DNA from: Psilocybe cubensis
Lineage: Eukaryota
Length of the DNA stretch: 64,000 bases
Direction: 5' to 3'
Assembly (NCBI GenBank): GCA_017499595.2
Contig: CM039000.1
Location: 682,001 to 746,000 of the forward strand
The notes under the pieces are model-generated. The model saw only the letters and a list, made by a program, of their open reading frames with translations, was not told the origin of the DNA and ran no database searches. Positions 1 through 11,235 of this stretch are shown piece by piece. Position 1 is the first letter of the stretch. Every line of letters starts with the position of its first letter. The position numbers and the translations under genes were made by a program.

Positions 1-39
1 TTGTCTAACGCCATACTGGTGCTGGGTGAGGAGTAGGCT

Positions 40-720
40 GTATCCAGTTCGGCAGACAGCAATACATCTCCAGTTGGGTGGGTGCATAGCACTGCCTCCA
101 AAGAGGCTGGACAACATTGGATGAAGGAGGAGATGCGCGTCTTGCCGGACAGCAATACATGGATAAGAGTTGGGTAGATCCTACTCGCCGGAAGACGATA
201 CGTTGCGTTGGGGCATATGTTGGTGGCACATAAAGTCGACACGAGCAAAGGGGAGAATTGAGCTCGCCGGAAGGCGATACGTTGCGTTGGGGCATACGTT
301 GGTTGCACATGAAGTCGAGACGAGCAAAGGGGAGGGTCCAGCTCACCGGAAGGCGATACATGGCGTCGGCGCATAGCTGGATACGTAGTGGGTTAAATCC
401 TGCTTGCCGGAAGACGATGCTTCGCGTTGGAGCATCCGCTGGTTGCACATAGAGTCAAAACAAGCAAAGAGGAGGGCCCAGCTCGCCGGACGGCAATACA
501 TAGCGTCAGAGCGTAGTTGGACAAGGAGTGTGGTGGATCCTGCTCGCCGGAAGACGTTGCATTGCGTTGAAGCATCCGTTGGTTGCACATGGAGTCGATA
601 CGAGTAAAGGGGAGGGTCCAGCTCGCCGGACAGCGATATATCGTGTCGGGGCATTATTTGGTGTCCTTGGGACAAGCAAAGCGGGTGGGTTTAGCTCGCC
701 GGACGACGATATGTTGCCTC
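40..720 (+). repeat. Degenerate minisatellite with GCTCGCCGGA(A/C)G core, ~79/61-bp spacing
   Basis: Core or near-core at ~139, 183, 262, 341, 402, 481, 542, 621 and 694. Equivalent arrays at ~10585-11235 and ~21108-21758 are ~104 bp shorter over the aligned span. Confidence 0.9.
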
Positions 721-3700
721 AGAGCATCTTTAGGCATGCTGGCACTAGCGAGTCGCGGGAAAGAAATATATCGCGTCGGAGTAATCTGAGTTATGGAAAA
801 CAGTTAAGCACATGTCTAGCACTGTGAACAGCAATACACTTACCAATACCACAGCCCTTTATTCTCAAGGCGAGAATCAATGCATAGCTTCAAGGCAAAA
901 CTGATACAAAGTCAGTACATGTTTTCAACACTATATCCAATGTCACATACCTCTTGGTTACCATGCATTCCTTTACCAGCATTCGTCGGACACCCGAATC
1001 TCAAATTTGATTCTGCACACATTGTCAGTACTTATAAGTCTTTGAAGCGTATAAAACTTACAAGGTTGAAACCAGAATACATCGCCCGAGAGACCTAGGT
1101 TGATACTAGAGCATGGCATAGACAGAGTGCGATGCCAAGGAGGGTGCATGACGATGAGGAACGTCCACGACAAGGAGGGTGCACAACAATGGGTGCATGA
1201 CGAGGAGGGTACGCAAAAAGAAAGGTGTGCAACGAGGGAGGTAACGACGAGGACGGGTACACGTCGACGTACATCCAGCATTAGGGCATAATGCACGGCT
1301 GGTGTTCATGAAATTCCAGTCCCTCTTTATACTCTTTTTTTACCAAGTTTTCAAGGTCACGTTGTATTTTCGCTGGCACATCACCTCATTTCTGTAGCTT
1401 CATCAATTACACTAGTCTTCGCTTCACTCCAACTTCGTTTACGAAGTGTAAAATTTATTTATTGGAATGCCATAATTTGACTCTTAGGAGTCCGGGAATA
1501 TGAGTGATTCCACTTCCCTGTTTGCTCTCCAACTTGAATTCCAAGGCAGAAGATCCTGCTACAAATGTCCGAAAACTGTCCACATCCACAAATTACATTC
1601 CATGCTCGAGCACTGGAACAGCCGCTTTCGATCCTCGTAAACTCGTATCATTGTGCTAGACCCGGAGATCCACTTACGCGTAGAAGGCCGTAGTTTTGTT
1701 GAACGTTGCTTCACAACATTACGTGCATTTACATCCAACATAACGTCCTGCACCGCTGGCACAACACGCGCACACGGCATGCAGGTATTCTGAATTCGAC
1801 GCGACGCATCTCATCCACAACGCCAGAAAGCAAAAAGACCCTGAACGCCCCTAAACGCGAATTGACTCCGAAAATAACAAAGTCACTTGAACTCGACGCG
1901 ACGCGTCGGACGCGTGTCAGGGCAGCTGAGCTGTTTAATCTAATGACGCACATTTTCGTAACAAGCGCTGCTTCCTTTGAAACCCGCTTTTGGAATAGTC
2001 GCGCTAGCGCCCGATCCGTGTCATCGCGATTCCGGATTCACGATCCTTGATTCAAGCCTAAATTTAAATCTGGGCAGACCAACATCCAGGCCCACATTTA
2101 CATAAATGCTTGCTGGAGAGCTTTCTACTACGTCTGGGGGTCATTTTTGATGTAGCGACTGTAATTGAAGGTGTTTTCATGGGAGTTAAATATAACTCTG
2201 GCTTGTTTTCAATGTAAATATAATTAAATCTCGAGGTATACTCTACAGAAATTGTTTGTGGGAATACCGGTAAGTCAGGTTGCATCTGCATACTCGCTGA
2301 CTATCTGTAGCACTGTAGAGGTTTGATATACGTGCTTATATTAACATTCATTTCACTCTGCGGCCAAAAATCCGTCTCTGAACGGATATTTAAATAACTC
2401 ATGCAGGGGTCACCCGAGCCCCTGTCCCGCTCTTGAATGTAAATTTAAAGTCTAACTGCAGCCTATGACATGCTTTACCTCAACAAGGCTAGTGGCTCGG
2501 CTGCTCGGAGCCATCACAATGTTCAGCGGAGACTCTGAAGTTTCGGAGGATTGAGAAAAATACAATGACGTGGCATTCAAATTCACAGTAGTTTGACCTC
2601 CATAAGGCGTCTGTGAGTTGAATAGTGAATAGAAGACAATATGATAAAATCCACTTGTAACTAACAGAATAAATTGAAATCTCTTGTGAATTTTCAAGTA
2701 CTCGTCCTAAAATCGACTGCACGCAATTTCATCCGCAGAATATAGATTACAACAAGCCCACAGGCAGGGTATGGTGTACCAGTACTGATATATTACCTAG
2801 AATAGTCCAAAATCACTCACAGGAAGCAATGACATTTGTTTGACATATAAACCAATGACATTCTCCTCCTCCCCCGATACGTCATTTTACGTCGTTTCAG
2901 TCGTTTCCATTCTATCCGTACCTTATTATAGATTAGCCTAGCACCCTTCGGCTCGCAAATAACGTTGTGAATCGGTGCTCTAGAGCCCAGAAGAACGTAG
3001 TTGATTGGATACAGTGCAGGCGGGTAATAACAATGTGGCATGCGTACCGCGGCCGTTTGCTGCATACTCGCCATTTGAGGCGGTTTGGCGGATGCGTATA
3101 GGTGTAGTGATGCGTGGTTGAAGAGATGATGCGCCGTGGTGCAAAGAAAAGTCGGCAATTTGGAGTTGTTCACGTCAAGCCGTGAAATGGTGTAAATCGC
3201 GCATTCCCGCAGTTTGAAGAGGTGTAGGGGGGATTTTGTGAGCTGAGGGGCTGGAATAGTATGAAATTTAAGTGATGAGTAGTGAAATTTGAGTGCTAAA
3301 ACCTTGAGAAAAGTTACACATTTCAAAAAATATTAAGCGCCCGAATAGACATCACACTGAATTGCGTGAACACAGCAATTCCAAAGGCATTCCTCAGGTA
3401 TCTCTGTATAGCAGCAGATACTACCATACCCCTAATCACTCACATCGTGCATCCCATGTCAACAATCCCAAAAAATTCAACAAAATTTTCAACTCACGTA
3501 CATACCAACATCCTCCCCCTCCCCCGATTCGCGAATACAGCCCATTTCGAACGCCTCCCTTTCTTCCTGGTCTTTTCCGGCACTAACGGGGACCTGCTCG
3601 GCTAGGCTAGGCTGCCGTCACCCGACCTAGAAGGACGGAAATGAAAGCAACCACTGACGGTCTTCAGCTGAATACACAAATGCAATGATACGTACCGTAC

Positions 3701-4879
3701 AATTCTGCGCGTTTTCCGCGTATTCCTGGCATTTAGGGTGTTTTAATACGTTACCTATGGTGTTATGCTGGTGTCTGGGCGTCGGATCGAAGGTTGAAAA
3801 GTCGTAAGGTTTGTCTGGTTTCGTATTGCAAGTGTGCTCATGGAGCCGAATGCCCTCATTGTTGGAATAACGGGTTTACATGGTTTTTCAATGTCAGGTA
3901 GCCCCTGAGTGATATGATAGATGCTCTTCAGTATGTGAGTATGTCTGCGAGACTTGTTGAGCTCGGAGCACGATGGAAAAGGGTGTACTGCGTATCAACT
4001 CCAAATAAGCGCCGAGAACGTGCATATCTACATACAGTGCAAAACAACACTACACACACCTCTAGAAAGATGACAGGGGTAATAATACCTCTCAGCTCTA
4101 CCCCTCCAAACCATCCACCCCGCGGAACCATCGAAACAGCTGAACCAATCACATCCGAATCTGCACCTCCTCTCCCAAATCCGCATTCCACCCCATTCCA
4201 ACCGCATTTCTTTTCTTCCGGCTTCGGAATCTCACCACCTCGGCTACTCAGAGTCATAACGGCAGATCAGAAGAAGACAGCGGCGTTCAATTTGTCGCTG
4301 TGCAGAAGACGAGTTTTACGGGTGTTGACTACAGAGCAAGTGTCCGCACTCCGGGAGAGCTAGAATGTGTCGTTTGTGTGATTATGGGTAGAATACGTAT
4401 GGGTGGTGAATTGAATGTACGTACTGGTTTCCCCGAGTCGTGAAGCATTTGAAAATTGTGGAAGATTTGGTGCTAAAGTTTTGTTATTCGTCGTTCAGGC
4501 AATTTTGAGGAAATGGAGTGTATCATGAATCCAGTACTTGTATTGTCCTGGTTTGCGTCTTCAAGCATTGTAAATCTTTATTCTTTATTGAGTTGAATAT
4601 AATTCTCTCTTGAGCGCAATGCATCGACATCAGCTCAAACAAACAAATGTACGAAATCATATTTCACAATACAACACACCCACCCAAAGTTTCACTCACT
4701 GCAAACGGAGAAACCACATCCAATCTACAATCTCGACACACACGGACGATCGGACCACAACTCGCGTAACCCAAATCCGAACCCGCACTAACAAGCGACA
4801 CCGAAAAAAAAAAAGAATCTGTATATTTCATTATTCGGTCTACTTACGACATGTAACAGGCGTACTAGTAACAGCCCCA

Positions 4880-7170
4880 CGCGGGTATATAAAGACCACG
4901 CACCTTGCTGGCCTTTCTTCATCCCCTCACCGCCTACTCTCCTCTGCCTCTTCAGCTCTCCTCTTCTTTTCTCTTCGGGCTTGGATGGCGCGTTCTGGCA
5001 GACGGTGAGCCTTCTAGTTCGTTCTCGACGGCGCTGACGTTGTGCACTATATAGGCATTGGTGAGTGATATTGACACGACGCCGAGGCGATTCTGACGCG
5101 TTTCTCATAGGCCCGCGCACCACGATGAAAACACCCCTCCTAACCTTGCCCGTAAAGGTGAGTTGCACCCACCCAACGATGCGCTGCTACTCACTTTGCT
5201 TCTCGCTGCACAGAAAAGTAAGGATTTCCGTGAGTCGGGGCCCCTATGACACGCAGAGCGCTGACAACGCACCTTGACAGAATGGCCTCTCGATCCATCC
5301 ACCTGACGGCGTGGGCTGGTTGATACCGTGAAGGTTGCTGGAAAGGTCCTAGACGGTGTGGACACGATAACGACGGTAAGTAGTAGGGCAATAACTAACA
5401 GATGCTTTACTGACCCACCTTGAAATTAGATTCCCCGCCCGCCTCTGTCACTGCAAGTTGGATCCATTGGACTATGAGGGGACATAACATGCCCCCCAAA
5501 TCCCGCTCCACGGTGAGTGTCGAGAGCGACTGAAAGTGCTTGCTGATTAATCCGACGCTTGCTGGGGTAGACGACCCTACGCGGGTATAAAGACCACGGG
5601 TGTTGCTGGCATTCTTCATCTTTGGGCTTGGATGACGTGTTCGGGCAGACGGTGAGCTTTGTAGTCGACAGCGCTGACGTTGAGCACACCAGAGCCACCG
5701 TTTGAGGCGACGGTGAGTAACATGCACACGATGCCAATGTGATTCTGACGCATTCCTCGTAGAAGTGCTATAGGTGCGTTGGTCACCGCAGAACGCTGAC
5801 AACATACCTCGACAGAACACCACCTAGCCTGTCCCGCTCTGCCCAGACCAGCCAACACCGCTTCTCGCTACACAGACAAGGCATTGCCTACAGAATTTCT
5901 GTGAGTCGGGGCCCCTGATACGTAGAAAGCTGACGAAATACCTTGACAGAATGTCTTCTTGATCCATCCCGCTCCTCTCCCTGGCATAACGATTGACGGC
6001 GTGAAAAAAAAGAAGTTTAGATGCGTAACGAACTGCAGAGTACTGACCGTGCCGATTACTCCATCCCACACTCTCCTTGTATCCTTTCCCTCTCCGCATT
6101 GCCCCATACCACCAATGACCGCGCGCAGCGACACTGTCTTGACGGCCGTCCAGAATGCATGCAGCTGAGGGGAGAGAGGTAAGCACAATCCCTCGCGGTC
6201 AAAAGAATTGTCAACTTACTGACCGGTGATACAAGCTGTTGAAAATTGACATGGCCTGCCCACACCATCGATGACCTGCGCTGTGTGCTGGATAGCGCGC
6301 AGTGACGCTGTCTTGACGGCCGCCCAGAATGCACACAGCTGAGGGAAAGCGGTAAGCACGGTCCCTTGAGGTTGAAAGAGTTGTCTACTGACCTGTGACA
6401 CAAATCGACCCCCTAGGTCCATGGATAGCGAGCAAAGACTCTTGACCGCAAGGTAAGCCGTCGATATAATAACCCAACCAACCTATTGACGCACCAATTG
6501 ACCTCTAGTCGGGCACGACTGTATGCGCGAGCCTTGTTCTTTGAGGCGCAAGGAACCTTGGGTGTTGGTTAAAGGTATGCCCGCTCAGTTTGTCTGCGAA
6601 ACTGTCTTGAATGGCGGGCTGAATGCTGCATGCACTGTGGCTTGACGGGGGTGGAAAGACTCTGCAAGGGTGCTGTCACTGGCTTGGGCATCCATCGCTT
6701 GTCCCATGACGGCGGCGTGTCGACGTTGGGATCAACGTTGTTTAGTGATGAGTCTGCGTGCTGCCACATTCCCCTATACGGACATGCGGCCTCAAGCTGA
6801 GATCCAACAACTGAGAAAGTCAAATATAAAAAGACGGACAATAACGTACCTCAGTTTCCCCTAGATGCTCACAAATATCAAGGTAGGCGAAGATCGGGGT
6901 GTGTGAGTGAGAAGACGAAGCGGGTAATATAGGTGCTGTGGGGATGAGGCGGAGAGTGCAACATGTGTCGCCTCCTTCATCTTCCAACGGAAAGGACTTG
7001 AGCGCAAGGTGCACGGCGTGACGGTGGTCAAGGAGCTCATCAAAAACGAAGGCCGACTGCCTTCTTCAAGGGGCTGACGCCAAAGGTATGCCAGTGTCCT
7101 ACTTAGTTGCAATTCGCCGCATGCACCGCATCGACACAACGTCTAGTGATTACTTGCTAAAACAGGTATA
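4880..7170 (+). other. Intron-dense putative non-coding or decayed transcription unit (also at 15394-17684 and 25917-28207)
   Basis: TATATAAA at ~4886 followed by a pyrimidine-rich leader. About 14 GTRAGY/GTATGC/GTGCGT donors (5005, 5061, 5158, 5230, 5376, 5513, 5652, 5713, 5774, 5901, 6179, 6352, 6453, 7086), most followed by a CTGAC/CTAAC branch point and YAG ~40-60 nt later. The spliced frames I tried stop early. Confidence 0.5.
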
Positions 7171-8126
7171 CATACATCTCGTAGTGTAGAGTATGATTCA
7201 GGAGCACATGCACAGCTGGTGGGGATAGATAGGGTAGGTAGGTTACTATAGGTGTAGTAGTAGTATGTCGGCTGTACACACATGAAAAAAGGTATAAGTG
7301 TTAACGTGAATGTGAATCTGGGAAAACAAGGTCATAAAGATGGGAGAAAATTAAATATAGGAAATGTGCGGTCGGGTGTGCGTGCACACTATGCAGCAGA
7401 GGAGAACACAACAGGCAGAAGGTAGAGGTGGATGATAACGAGGTGAACATGCCGAAGAAGAAGAAAAAGAGGAGAACAATGCAGAGGAGGGAAAATCGAG
7501 AACGAAATTGAAGGAAGACGAAACGAGAATCAAATCAGAACGGCTCGAAATCCAAAATCCAGTTCCGATTCCAATAGTTTTCTACAACAACTCTACTCTA
7601 CAAAGATCTTCTACTTTTACAAATTCGTCTTCGACACGTCAACGCGTCGTCGACGATCACCCGCGTACCGCGCCACCTGCTCTGCAGTGGTCACTCGTCC
7701 TCGCACGCACGCGTGCAAGTGCACAAATCAAGCACGACCGGTGAGTCTTTCTACTACATCAAAACAAAAAAAAGCAGAAACGGGGGAAAGAAATAGAAAA
7801 CAAAAGGAGAAAGCGGGAACTGGACTGGACGATATACACGAGGGGCTTGGTGGTGGTGGTGGTGGTGGTGGCAACAACAGACAGCATCGAGCGCCAGGCG
7901 GTCTAGGGATGGACAGAAGGGATCCTCCGAGCATGCATGCACGCGCGTGTGCTCCCCTCCCTCTCATCCTCCGAGGTGTGATGTTGGCCCGCAAAAAGTG
8001 AATAGGTGCGTATGTGGGTGGAAATCAACTCCGGGTATCGGTTACTGAACTAGATGGGAAGGGGGGGAGGAGACTTGGACAGACATGTATGGTATGCAGG
8101 GAGGCACGACGGAAGAAGGAGGGCGC

Positions 8127-9920
8127 TCAGAGTGAGAACCACTGCCTCTTCGCGTGAAGCCTCCTGTGCGCGGTGGTTGCAGCTACTTTCACCTGTGGCT
8201 CGGGCTCGGGCGATTTCTTGACGAGCACGCCCTCCTCCGGGGAGGGAAGCAAAGCGCGTCTCCTGCGCCTGCTCGAGCGCTTCTGGCAAGACGGGGCGGG
8301 GTTGCCGTTGTCGTTGCTGGTAGAAACAGAAGCAGCGGATGCAGAAGAAGCGGAGGCAGAGGCAGAGGAAGAAGCGCCTGCGGCGAGGTTGGCGGGGGCG
8401 GGGCTTGCACCGGTGTTCCCACCTGAGTTTGCGTTGTTCGAGCCTGAGCCGTTGTTTGAGTTGGGTTTGTTCGAGCCCGAGTTGTTGTTGTTGGAGCCAG
8501 AATTGTTGGAACCGGAGTTGCCTGCGGGAGCACTCGGAGCGCCGGCAAAGATATCGTTCTGCGCGCCTGAAAAGAAGAATCGCAAAAAAACGCCAGGTCA
8601 GCCACTTACAATCCGAAATAAAAAAAAAATAATCATTGAAACCAACCATCAGCGAAACCCAGCTTGGCATTGTATGCTGGAGACTTGAAGCTGCCTGAAA
8701 GGTCGTATCCACTGACAGCGATGTTGTTGCCCTCGTTCTGGTTCCAGTAAATCATCTGCTTCGAGCCCTTGACGCAGGCACCTGGGTTGCCCTCGCACCA
8801 CACGGGTGGCTGTGGGGGTGCAATGGGCGTAGTGCTCTTCGCGCCGGTGACTTTGCACTTGAATGGCTGGTGGTACATGTTCGGCTGGCCGCAGCCGTTC
8901 GGGACCCATCCCCACTGTGGAAAGAGTTAGACGAAAAATGTGAAGTTTGAATAGAAGTCGGCTTACAGCGCAGATGCAGCCTCCTTCAGGGCAGGCGGGC
9001 AAGTTGGCCGGGACATCGTAGCTGATAACGCGCTTCCAGGGTGTGCTGTGGGGGATTTTATTGATAAGCGTCATTGATTTATTTGCAAGGAATGAAAACC
9101 ACTCACTTATAACGAACAGTGAACACTGCAAGGTTCTGGGGAGTTACTGCCTTGATGTCAGACTAGAAAGTATTTGCAAAGTGAGCGCTAGATATGATTT
9201 TGAACGAGAGTTGGGGACTTGCGTTGTACGAGATTGCGAATGCGGTTCCGGCCGCCATAGACTGATTCTGGGCATGCACTGCACAAAAATGAATCAGCAA
9301 AAACGCCAAGAAACGAGGGCCGCTCACTGTTTGGGGACGTGATGCATGAAGGGACATTCTGTGAGGCACAGTGGGTTAATTAATCAGTTGCTAGGAATAT
9401 GGGAAAGACACGCACATAGTCCTCGGGGTATGTCGCACCGTCTGGCCATTCTGAGGTGTCGCGCCCGTTGTACGCCAGCGTGGTCTTTGCGCGGTTGGAG
9501 GCGATCTCGACGGTGAAGCTTCCACCAGCAGGACTGAAGTCGGGGTTTAGACGACGGAAATCAAAAATACAGGTGTGTTGGGACTCACAGCTCGAGGAAG
9601 TCCCCGTCTGCAGGAGGATATAGGTCACACTAGGTTAACAATTGCGTTGTTGATATGATGGACTGCAGAGTGTTGTTTAATGAGATGAACATAGCACAAC
9701 GGCAAAACACGTACACCACCAATCCTTAAAGTTGAGCTGGACAATCGCGTAGGAATTCAAGTCTTGCGCAGCTTGCGGACCCTATAGAAAGAATGTAGAT
9801 TCTTCAGCGGTTCTGAACATTTTGAAATGAGGACTACATTCCTTTGTGGAAAGCTGCAAGATGGGCGTTGGCGCCGCTTAGCCACAAGGCCGCTGTGAGA
9901 AGGGTTGCAGCTCGAAACAT
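8127..9920 (-). pseudogene. AA14 LPMO pseudogene, copy 1
   Basis: Homologous to 29168-31066, but a 20-bp deletion removes YCLN and the intron-1 donor, giving ATG-TAG (stop 9834-9836). The intron-3 donor and the SPLY codons are also deleted. Confidence 0.88.
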
Positions 9921-10584
9921 TGACTTGAACTTGTTGAGCCGCGTTGAAAAAGAGTGTGGTTGGCCTTGAAGAAAGTTTGGCGTAAACCGAGCGGGATGGT
10001 ACAGGAAGGAGTCGTACAAGTCGTTGGAGTGAAAAGTTGACAGTCTAGTTTATAAGCTAATCAGGAAGTGAGCGGATGGATGATACCCTGCGTTCATCAT
10101 GGAAGAAGGGGAGGCAGACCACCTAAATTGATAGATTACTATTTATGATGTGCAGATGTTGCTTTTTCTGGCGAGTTTTTTCTCGGTAAAATGTCGAGAT
10201 CTATTAATAGGCCAAAAAAAGAGCGTAGTCCATGCATTCCAACACCTTCAATTTATCGTACAAGCAGAGGTTAGCCCCGCCCGAAGGCCAGAATGGGGCG
10301 TAACCGGTCTATCTACAGGGAAATCACTCACCGGCGAAAATCTGTCAAGGTCACGGGACAAACATCCTACCACAACGACGGGTCATACGTGTTCTTCCCG
10401 GGTTGACAATAGGCCCGCCTACGTCGTGTTAGAGGGTTCAAGGGCCCCGCGCGGGTCCACTTCAGAGGTGTCCAACAATAATCGCTAGAGCATACCCCTG
10501 CGTCAAAGCTCCCCGGACGCCATTATGTTGTGTCAGAGCATAGCGGGGTGACTCGAGGGTGCTGAACGGAAATTAGGGTGAGTC

Positions 10585-11235
10585 CTGCTCGCCGGGTCAA
10601 AGCAACGATGTGTCGTGTTTGTCTAACGCCATACTGGTGCTGGGTGAGGAGTAGGCTGTATCCAGTTCGGCAGACAGCAATACATCTCCAGTTGGGTGGG
10701 TGCATAGCACTGCCTCCAAAGAGGCTGGACAACATTGGATGAAGGAGGAGATGCGCGTCTTGCCGGACGGCAATACATGGATAAGAGTTGGGTAGATCCT
10801 ACTCGCCGGAAGACGATATGCTGCATTGGGGCATATGTAGTCGAGACGAGCAAAGGGGAGAATTGAGCTCGCCGGACGGCGATACATAGCGTCAGCGCAT
10901 AGTGGGTTAAATCCTGCTTGCCGCAAGACGATGCATCGCGTTGGAGCATCCGCTGGTTGCACATAGAGTCAAAACAAGCAAAGAGGAGGGCCCAGCTCGC
11001 CGGACGGCAATACATAGCGTCAGAGCGTAGTTGGACAAGGAGTGTGGTGGATCCTGCTCGCCGGAAGACGACGCATTGCGTTGAAGCATCCGTTGGTCGC
11101 ACATGGAGTCGATACGAGTAAAGGGGAGGGTCCAGCTCGCCGGACAGCGATATATCGTGTCGGGGCATTATTTGGTGTCCTTGGGACAAGCAAAGCGGGT
11201 GGGTTTAGCTCGCCGGACGACGATATGTTGCCTCA
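10585..11235 (+). repeat. GCTCGCCGGA minisatellite, copy 2
   Basis: Same core motifs as 40-720. Confidence 0.9.

Larger units (their letters stand above)
1..10103 (+). repeat. Tandem ~10.5-kb segmental repeat, copy 1 (5'-truncated by window edge)
   Basis: Position 1 aligns to 10619; ORF-track twins are offset by 10514-10523 bp (e.g. 3914/14428, 8633/19156). Homology to copy 3 ends at CATCATGGA (10103 vs 31311). Confidence 0.97.

Noticed and set aside
40-720. CRISPR-like array (recurring GCTCGCCGGA core)
   Set aside because: The inter-core sequences are homologous to each other rather than unique spacers, the cores are degenerate, there are no cas genes, and the context is eukaryotic.
5-830. 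Overlapping ORFs of 60-190 aa in the minisatellite and its copies
   Set aside because: Translations simply mirror the DNA repeat, with no domain and different frames between copies.
7300-7450. Minus-strand MFTSLSSTSTFCLLCSPLLHSVHAHP... signal-peptide-like ORF
   Set aside because: About 49 codons in pyrimidine-rich DNA with no continuation; likely chance.
8154-8688. Plus-strand ORFs ([11 protein letters not shown]... and copies at 18691 and 29214)
   Set aside because: Antisense shadows of the low-complexity AA14 last exon.
10268-10305. Imperfect hairpin GGTTAGCCCC...GGGGCGTAACC near the array junction as a Helitron end
   Set aside because: No properly placed CTRR terminus, and no Rep/helicase in the window.
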